64,000 nt of DNA from Octopus sinensis. Taxonomy: Eukaryota. The translations under genes and the position numbers were made by a program. Location: the NCBI RefSeq assembly GCF_006345805.1, contig NC_043000.1, forward strand, positions 27,094,001 through 27,158,000. The letters are read 5' to 3'. Below are positions 55,140-64,000 of the stretch, in pieces; position 1 is the stretch's first letter, and each line of letters opens with the position of its first letter. A model generated the notes under the pieces. It was given only the letters and a program-made list of their open reading frames with translations, searched no databases and was not told the origin of the DNA.

Positions 55140-55420
55140 GGTTGATGATGATGATAATGATGATGAAAGTAATGATTCTTATTACACGATGACAGTGATA
55201 ATGAATGATAAGAATGATTTTGATGATAATAATAATGATGATGATGATGATTATGCAAATTACGATAACGACAATGATGAGGGCGATGCTTATTTTGATG
55301 ATGATGATGCCGCTGCCGCCGCCGCCGCCGCGGCCGATTATGATTATGATGACGATGATGATGATGATGATAAGGAGGAGGAGGAGAGGGAATGAGAAGG
55401 AATATGATTATCATGATGTT
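54658..55420. repeat. compound (GAT/GAC/GAG/GTT/GCC)n trinucleotide array
   Basis: Direct inspection. Confidence 0.9.
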
Positions 55421-55755
55421 AATGATTTCATCTAATGATTAATAGTTACGCTTGTTAATAATACAGATTAATAGTTACACCTATTACAGTTGATAGAAAA
55501 AGAAAAGGATTCTATATTCTAATATTTTTCTATTGGCTTCATGCGTTGCATCGCTACCATACTGGAGTAAAATTCCCAATGACCATTAAGCAATTATTTC
55601 GAATCTTGTACAAAGTCTGGTACGAATTCTAACGGTTGATTTTTGTTGAGAGTCAAAAATTAAGGTTAAAATCACTTCTTAGACTGAAATAACACAAGGT
55701 ATTCAAAGGCAGGTCATCCTTTTTTATCGTTTAGTTTAGAAGGAAAACTGTACAT

Positions 55756-56180
55756 AGGTGCGGGAGTGTATGTGTGGTAAGTAGCTTGCTTACAAAGCAC
55801 AAGGTTCCGGGTTCAGTCCCACTGCTTTGCAACTTGGGCAAGTGTCTTCTACTATAGCCTCGGGCCGACGAAAGCCTTGTGAGTGGATTTGGTAGAGGTA
55901 AACTGAAAGACACCCGTCCTATATATGTGTATGTGTGTGTGTGTGTGTGTGTGTGTCTGCGTGTATAGGCTTGTGTTCTGTGTTTGTCCCTCCACCATCG
56001 CTTGGCAATCGATGTTAGTGTGTTTACGTCCCCGTAACGTAGCGGTTCGGCAAAAGAGACTGATAGAATAAGTACTAGGCGCACAAAGAATAAGTCCTGG
56101 AGTCGATTTGTTCGACTAAAAGCAGTGCTCCAGCATGACTGCAGTCAAATGACTGAAACAAGTAGAAGAAAAGAAAGAAT
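55756..56180 (+). mobile_element. SINE family C, full length
   Basis: Colinear with 26569-26989. Confidence 0.88.
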
Positions 56181-56541
56181 ATGAACCAGTCAAGCCCTTC
56201 GTGGCTGGATGGAGCAAGATATCCTCAATCTACTTACCACACAGCCATCCGCATTGCCTTTCATGTTTACGTGGTCAGTAAAATACCAGTTAAGCAATGG
56301 GGGTTGATGTAATCAACTTACACCCTAACCAGGAACGGCTAACCTTGTGCGGAAATTTAAAAACTTATTGTGCTATTTCTAAGGCGGTGAGCTGACAGAA
56401 CCATTTGCACGCCGTACAAAACGTTTAGCATCATTTCGTCCGTCTTTAAGTTTTGAGCACAAGTTTCGCCGAGGCCGACTTTGCCTTTCATCCGTTCAGC
56501 GTCGGTAAATTAAGTATAGGCCTTTTGCTGTAGAAGGAAGG

Positions 56542-56577
<36 letters not shown>

Positions 56578-57090
56578 TGGGGTAAAATATGCGAAGCCGA
56601 GTATACCCATGATGACTACCCGTCTGATAAGAGTACACCAGGCGCATGCATCACAACCATGTGTGCGTGCCATGGTGATCTCATATCAAGATAAACAGCG
56701 CATGACCTTGCAGGTGGGGCCCAGTTAGAATTTCCTTCAGGTCGAGTAGCCCATCCCACTCAAAAGTTCCCTGAATAAGGATTGTTTAAGGATGTTGAAC
56801 AAACCAACCATGTTTCCAAAGGTGAATTATACAAACCTCTTAGAAATTCCTTTCAACACACGACTATGATGCTCCCCCACTACTTTTGCTTATGATCATA
56901 GATGCACATATCGTCAGCCACTAAGGGACATGGTCAACTGCTTAATGTCAAACAATTGACAAGCAAATCGGTGATATTGAGCAGAAAATTTGCTGTAGCG
57001 CAACTTTTATACCAAGATAAAACAATGTACATGATAACACTTCCAATCAGTTAAGATCAGAAGCCACGAGAGCCACTGTCTAGTATTGCA
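56578..57090. mobile_element. non-coding interspersed repeat between (TTA)n tracts (copy 2)
   Basis: First ~300 bp match 15167-15469; TTA tracts at 56542-56577 and 57091-57243. Confidence 0.8.
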
Positions 57091-57094
57091 ATTA

Positions 57095-57165
<71 letters not shown>

Positions 57166-57178
57166 GTTGTTGTTGTTG

Positions 57179-57243
<65 letters not shown>

Positions 57244-59048
57244 TCAAAGTGGCCAGCTGGCAAAATCATTAGTATATCAGACAAAACGTTTAGTCTTTGC
57301 TTCCTGGGTTCAAATTCCGTAGAGGTCAGCTCTGCTTTTTATCCTTTAGGGGGTCGATATAATATGTACCAGTTGAGTACTGGTGTCGATATAATCAACT
57401 AACCACTTCTCTCAAAATTGTTGAGCTTGTACTTAAACTTAGAAGAAATTATCATAGTACTGGTTTAAGGCAGTAAGCGGGTCGAATAGTGTCGGACAAT
57501 GTGCTGTATAGTTTTTTTAAAAATTTTTTCTCTGTGAGTTCAAACCATACTAAAGTAAACTCACCTTTCATCCTTCCAGGGCCGATTAAATAGAGTACCA
57601 ATCATGATTGCATTGACAAATAATTCCTGCTAATATAGCTGGCTTTGTGCCTAAACTAGAATTATTTAATTAAGAATGCGATCTGGCAGAAAAGTATGCT
57701 TTGCAGTGCCGGTCCCAATTCTTTGCGTTCCGCGCTCGAATCCTACCTTTATCATTTCTTTTGCATTTCACCCTTTTGGAACGATAAAATTAGTATGAGT
57801 AAAGTATTGGCATCAATGTTATCAACTTACACACTCTCCTGGCATTATTGTCCCTGTGCTCAAATCAGAGCAAAGTATTATTGTGTTGCTTTTCATTATA
57901 TTATTTCCAGATATAATGCAATCCCACCGAAGCGATTGGAAGATCCGTTCCGGTGCTTTCGCTTTGTACTTTAAGCCAAAATCTCACCGAAGACATTTTA
58001 TATGTTCTCAGGGTTCAAAAGGACACCAAAGCATTTTATTCTCGCACAGTCTTTAGTTAAATATATTCAATGAGAATACTATATACTGAATTTATGGTGA
58101 GTGCTCTATCGTGTCAAAGTATTAATACTAATAAAGTATTTATATATTTAATACGAGTGATTATATATATTTTATAATATATTATTATTAATATCAGGAA
58201 AACAGTAATAGAAAATTTTTCAGAAAGATATATACTCGTGTAAAATAATTGTTGTATTAAATATATAAATAGTCGAGAAGATAAATACATCAGTCAAGTA
58301 CTACAATCGAATGAGTCGGCCATCTCTCTGTGCCACCATAAAATGGCCTATTATGCTACAATACAACCCTGATGTTCGCCCAGCCGTGAGTCGCTGATAG
58401 TAAATGAAATGTACGTCTGTTTCAATAATCAGCGGTCACGTCAATATTTATTTATTTGTAACACACCATATTACTGCCAATATGCGTATACAAACACGCA
58501 GGCAGACATATACACGCGGGCGGGCGCGCGCACACATACACACACACATACACTCACTGTTGAATCACCAAATATTCGTAACCTTTATCTCTGAAAGTGA
58601 ATCCCGATCAAAAGAAAAGCACAAAAAAGCGACACTTTTGGAGTAAACGTATTTTATCTTGTAATATTTTTAGTAGTTTCACTCATTAGACTTCAGCCGA
58701 TCCGCTAAATCACGGGAACGTAAACACACTAACACTGGTTGTCAAGCACCTATGAATAAATAATTTGCAGTAGTTCACAAAACCATTGTCTTTTAGGCAA
58801 AAAGACCTGGGTTTAACTAGATCGCAAGCAAACATCGGCTCAACCTAGTCACTCAGATTTACTAGAAATGAAACGAAATCTCACTTAAATTTCACCCTCC
58901 CATTAAAAAAAAAATACGCTTTACTGATTTATGCTTTTCATTTATTAAAACGGTCGGCTGAAATTAAAGATACAATTCGTTGCCATTTGTACCGAACTGA
59001 AAGACCTGGTGGAGATACTACATTGCTGGCTCGTAATATGTGTCCTTG

Positions 59049-59676
59049 AAGGCGGCAAGCTTACAGAAACGTTAGCACGCCGGGTGAAATGCGTAGCTGT
59101 ATTTCGTCTGCCGTTACGTTCTGAGTTCAAATTCCGCCGAGGTCGACTTTGCCTTTCATCCTTTCGGAGTCGATAAATTAAGTACCAGTTACGCACTGGG
59201 GTCGATATAATCGACTTAATCCGTCTGTCTGTCCTCGTTTGTCTCTTCTGTGCTTAGCCCCCTGTGGGTAGTAAAGAAATAGGTATTTTGTCTGCCTTTA
59301 CGTTCTGAGTTCAAATTCAGCCGAGGTCGACTGTGCCTGTCATCCTTTCATGATCGATAAATTAAGGACCAGCTGCGCACTGGGGTCGACCTAATCGACT
59401 GGCCCTTCCCCTTAAATTTTGGGCGTTGTTCCATCTTAGAATAGGAATGAATATGTGTTGTTGAAGGCGGCGAGCTGGTAGAAACGCTAGCACGTCGGCC
59501 GAAATGCGTAGCGGTATTTCGTTTGTTTTTACGTTCTGAGTTCAAATTCCACCAAGGTCGACTGTGCCTTACATCCTTTCGGGGTCAATAAATTCAGTAC
59601 CAGTTGCATACAAGGGTCGATCTAATCGAATGCGTCCCTCCCTAAGAATTTCGGGCCTTTTGCTTAGAGTCGAAAA
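59049..59676 (+). mobile_element. SINE family D dimer (59049-59446) plus monomer (59465-59676)
   Basis: Heads ggcggc(a/g)agct at 59051 and 59466; second unit of the dimer starts at 59282. Confidence 0.88.
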
Positions 59677-60162
59677 TTAATATGAGTCGTTGGTGTACGT
59701 GAGTTTTATGTAAACGAGATTATTTAAGCATAAAAAAAAGAAAAAAAATTGTCACGAAAGAATATTGAGAATTAAGTATGCAATCTTGTCTTCAGCAAAC
59801 TGACGTTTAACTTATGAAATCTTCGTTTACTCAGATTTTCCGGGGCCACGGAAATGGCTGAGTTATTATCATTCATTAAACACTCACAATCTTAAAATAA
59901 GAAATTAACTTGCTGACAAATTAGTAAATACAAACGAAATAAACATTAAAAAAAAATCTATAAATACATGAATCGAAAATTAGAATTTTTATTACAATGG
60001 TCATGTGTACATTAATATTTTTTCAAAATTTACTCGTATTTGAAATTCATGAAATTATCTTGATGATTAACCTTAATTAAGTGGCACCAATATTAGTAGT
60101 TGTCAGTGCTTCATGGTATTGGAGAAACATATTTGAATTGCGTACCGGAATTATAATTGTCG

Positions 60163-60165
<3 letters not shown>

Positions 60166-60195
<30 letters not shown>

Positions 60196-60370
60196 TGATG
60201 ACGACGATGACGACGATGATGAGGATGATGATGACGGTGGTGATGCTGACGATGATGAAGACGCTGCTGCTGATGCTGCTCCTGATGATGATGGTAACGA
60301 TGATGGTAATTATAATGATGATGCCACTGATGATGAAGATTATGGTGATGATGATGATGATAATAATGGC

Positions 60371-60405
<35 letters not shown>

Positions 60406-60625
60406 CGACGACGACGACGACGGTGACTACTTCGATAAAAATGATGAAGATGATAAAAAATGATAATGGTAGTGTTGACGATGGTGACAACAATGATGAT
60501 GTTGAGGACGGTGGCGATGGTGCAGCAGCAGCAGCAGCAGCAGCAGAAGAAGAAGAAGAAGAAGAAGAAGAAGAAGAAGAAGAAGAAGAAGAAGAAGAAG
60601 ATGATAATGATGCTGTTGATGATGG

Positions 60626-60672
<47 letters not shown>

Positions 60673-60895
60673 ATGATGACGATGATAACGATCACGGTAA
60701 TCCTAATGATGATTTTCCACTGGTGGTGCTGATGGTGATGACGACGACGACGATGATGATGATGATGATGACTATGACGACGGCGACGATGATAACGATG
60801 TTGATGATACTGATAACGAGACTGATGACCGTGAAGGTGATGATAGCGATGTTAGCGATAATGATATGATGACGACGATAATGATGAAGATGATT
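60166..60895. repeat. compound (GAT/GAC/GCA/GAA)n trinucleotide array
   Basis: Direct inspection. Confidence 0.9.
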
Positions 60896-61189
60896 GCAAA
60901 TCTAATAGCCACAGTGGTAATAGTAGTGATTATTTCTTTAACGTTATAATGCTAACCAAAGTAAAACTTTTAACTACTTAATGTTTAAGTTTGACAGCTT
61001 AATTTAGATAAATCTCATCAAATAAAGACAATTAAATAACAGAGTTTGACAAGAAAGTTGCTTGAATATCGGTGGTCATTTTAGCAGTGGTTTTTAAGCA
61101 TTACATCTAGGAAGAAGGTCCGTTAAATCTAATTTAATTCGTATAGTGACTTCTGGTCTCTTATTTCTGCAAATATGTATGTGTGTATA

Positions 61190-61347
61190 GTTGAAGTTTA
61201 CAGAAAAACAAAAGACGACGTTATGTGTATGATCAACACACGGGTGTATTGGTTTGACGCTCGGGAAAGTGGGAAAGTCTTTTACGTTTCGAGCTTACGC
61301 TCTTCAACAGAAAGGAATACGAGAAAATAAAGAGAGAGTAAGAAAAT
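61190..61347 (-). mobile_element. Penelope-like pLTR fragment (copy 2)
   Basis: Homologous to 53064-53212. Confidence 0.6.
61279..61314 (-). ncRNA. minimal type I hammerhead ribozyme-like motif (variant core)
   Basis: Reverse complement: cttt-CTGTTGA-a-gagc-gtaa-gctc-GAAA-cgta-aaag. Confidence 0.6.
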
Positions 61348-61369
61348 CTTGTAGATTTAGCAACGTACA

Positions 61370-61615
61370 TATATGTGTATTTGTGTTTCTGCGTGAACAT
61401 GTGGGTGTCCTTGTTTTTGCCATTATCCCTCACATCAGTTTACAACCGGTGTTGGTTTGTTTATTTTCCCCGTAACCTAGCGGTTCTGCAAAAGAGACCA
61501 ATAGACTAAGTACTACACTTTGAAACAAAATATGTACTGAAATCGATTTGTTCAACTAAAACTCTTCTAGACTGTGCCCCAGCGTGGCTGCAGTAAAACA
61601 ACTGAAACAAACAAC
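61370..61615 (+). mobile_element. partial SINE family C (3' half)
   Basis: ccccgtaacctagcggttc.gcaaaagagac...actgaaacaa. Confidence 0.7.
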
Positions 61616-62039
61616 AGAATTTACTTGAAATAACCATTTGGGTCATTGGAAATTTACCCTGATCCACATGTTCATCAGATGGTGTTACTCCTATAACGCG
61701 TCTCCTTCATACCGTACAAGAAAATAACTAGAACACAACTGGTAACTATTCATTTATCGGCACTATTTACTGAAATCAAATACTATAGTCTCTAAACAAA
61801 TAATATACTTGGTTAAGTAAAGCTAATTATGTACAAAGTCTCCCACGTTATCTACGTGTAATTTAAAAAGGCGAACAAAGAAAGCGCGGGTTGTTTGTGC
61901 TCGAATGACCTGCTAGAAGGAAAAGCCCGTTTCTCTCCTAAAACACAACCTTCTTTTAACAAGATACATTATGCGAATATGCATGTGTAGGTATGTGCGC
62001 ATCTGTATTACTTGGTCTAATGTGTAGGAAGTTTCAAAA

Positions 62040-63382
62040 CTCACGGCTCTTACAGGCTTTCTGAGATTGATAAGATTTGCGGCGTTAATGTTCTGTTTGA
62101 GGTGCCCAAGGTCAACACCACAGGAAAGAGAGGGGGACGAGATCCATGAAGTCCGATGTAATGGGGCTATAAGATCATATACATAAAGTAGGTTACCCCT
62201 ACGAGATTTTTATCTTCGATAATGATTGTGCTCAGGTTGCATTGCAAGGCTCGAGTAAGGATGATGGCCAATGAAGAGCAACCGACTTCTCGATGTTAAT
62301 TTTCAAATAGCTTTTTCGTTGCAACATCATGTCCTCTGGATTATGGGCGACAAATGCACAAACGTCACTAAACAACAAACCACTCACAACAAATACGTGT
62401 GTATGGCCGTAGCCTCAAGTATGAGGTGCAACAATTTGAAAAGATTAAGTTCAAATCATGTACGGTTACTAGTTGGTTCATCAAGTGCTCAGTTGCATAT
62501 AGAACAATTACACAAACGCGAATGTTCAGACACACACACACGTACATACATTCATACAAACAAACACGCACATATATCTCTTCAGTCGAGTGGCATCAAT
62601 GACAGATAGAGGGCAAGTAATTTGCAGTTAGCACTTTGACCATGATAAAATCGAAATGCATTTATCAATTTTTCAACAACGCAAACATCTCCAGAAGCAA
62701 CCACACAACCAGCCGCACCACCAATTCCACAACCACCACCACCACCAACCACAACAACACCATTACTAAATCTGCTAGTTGATCATGTAACCTTTTCCTC
62801 TCGAGTCATGCTGTGCCAGCCTATGTATAAGGCTGTCGTACACGACTTATGGCGGCCTTCAAGCATCATTTTCGGTGTTACAAACTTTGCTCATGTTACA
62901 AATTTGCCTGACGAAAGGGGCGGCGCTTAATCCACTGCATATCTATAAATGCTCATTTTTCTCTCCTGTTCTTATAGCATTTTCCCATCTGCCACAGAAT
63001 ACAATGAAAACTATAAAAGATAGAACAGAGTACCCCGGTTCCATCTCCGTTCAGGTTGGCACCTTTCAGTCATTTTCTAATGTAGTTTATTACGCATTAT
63101 TTTTGAAAGATATTTCCCATACCATAGAATAGTATTTAGAGGAATCGATAGTTCTTACATTCATTCTTGTCAGCCTCCTTCAAAATAGGAACGATGTTGG
63201 CATATTTTCAGGTCTGCAGAATGTCACCAGCTTTGCACATTGTTCCAACATCAACAGCAGAGCCAAACAGTTTTGAATTTGGTTTCTCTATTCAAAGTGA
63301 CATCTTCGCTGTCATTCTCCACCTAAAAGAGCACTGGTTGTGATCAACACGTTTTCTATACACTAGGTGGAGCACACACACA

Positions 63383-63466
<84 letters not shown>

Positions 63467-63720
63467 AGCATGATTAATATATTCAGTTGTATAACGCATT
63501 GCGTTTACAAAAGTTTCTTGATCGATGTGTTCTGATACATTGACCATTTGCTAGAAGAACTCTGCTGAGTGATGACATACTTATCCTTTCATCCCGACAC
63601 ATTTTCGTCCATCAGCTGACCTCTGTTAAGTGGCAGCACCACTCTCTAGAGACCATATGCATTGTTTGGTCCGGCATTTCAGCTATACAATAGTTTGCAA
63701 GCTCAATGGCTAAATTTTCC
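62040..63720 (-). mobile_element. decayed RTE/BovB-like LINE RT remnant interrupted by microsatellites
   Basis: ANIVPILKEADKNECKNYR, LLFSDVCAFVAHNPEDM (LFADD equivalent) and LKINIEKS, in the expected order. Confidence 0.65.
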
Positions 63721-63729
63721 CCATTATTT

Positions 63730-64000
63730 CTTTTCTATTCTAGGCAGATGGCACGAAAATTTGAGGGAGGAGATCAATCAATTAGATCGATCCCAGTACG
63801 AAACTGGTACTTAATTTATCGACCCTAACAGAATGAAAGGCAAAGTTGACATCGGCGGATTTTGAACTCAGAATGTAAAGACAGATGAAATACCTATTTC
63901 TTTACTGCCCACAAGCGGCTAAACACAGAGAGGACAAACAAAGGCAGACAAACGGATTAAGTCGATTATATCGACCCCACTGCGTAACTGGTACTTATTT
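63730..64000 (-). mobile_element. SINE family D multimer, cut by the window end
   Basis: body-spacer-body-end arrangement. Confidence 0.85.

Noticed and set aside
54787-55395. Asp-rich (biomineralisation-like) or His-rich protein ORF
   Set aside because: Trinucleotide array open in several frames and strands, with no signal peptide or unique domain; the similar array at 60166-60895 shifts frame.
57705-57722. Twister ribozyme-like gccggtcccaa
   Set aside because: The rest of the motif is absent and it lies in a decayed SINE.
60077-60869. Met/Asp/Glu-rich ORFs
   Set aside because: Compound GAT microsatellite.

Overview
This is AT-rich, microsatellite-dense eukaryotic genomic DNA with no intact host protein-coding gene that I can support. 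The repeat content looks like a cephalopod (Octopus-like) intergenic or intronic region; that is an inference, not a database result. The window holds four minus-strand R4/Dong-like RLE non-LTR retrotransposon copies in two pairs around (TAA)n tracts, a 5'-truncated CR1/L2-group LINE, RTE remnants, decayed Tc1, mariner and DD37D (maT) DNA transposons, a pogo/Tigger-like MITE, several tRNA-derived SINE families, an 18-bp minisatellite and a ~0.87-kb tandem duplication. Three signals stand out. (1) Two copies of a Penelope-type minimal hammerhead ribozyme motif share a variant core (CUGUUGA). (2) A non-coding repeat of at least 510 bp occurs only between (TAA)n tracts and is fused to a Dong element in one copy. 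(3) One SINE family forms modular head-(body+spacer)n-body multimers with ~182-bp units. Most ORFs in the track are microsatellite artefacts.
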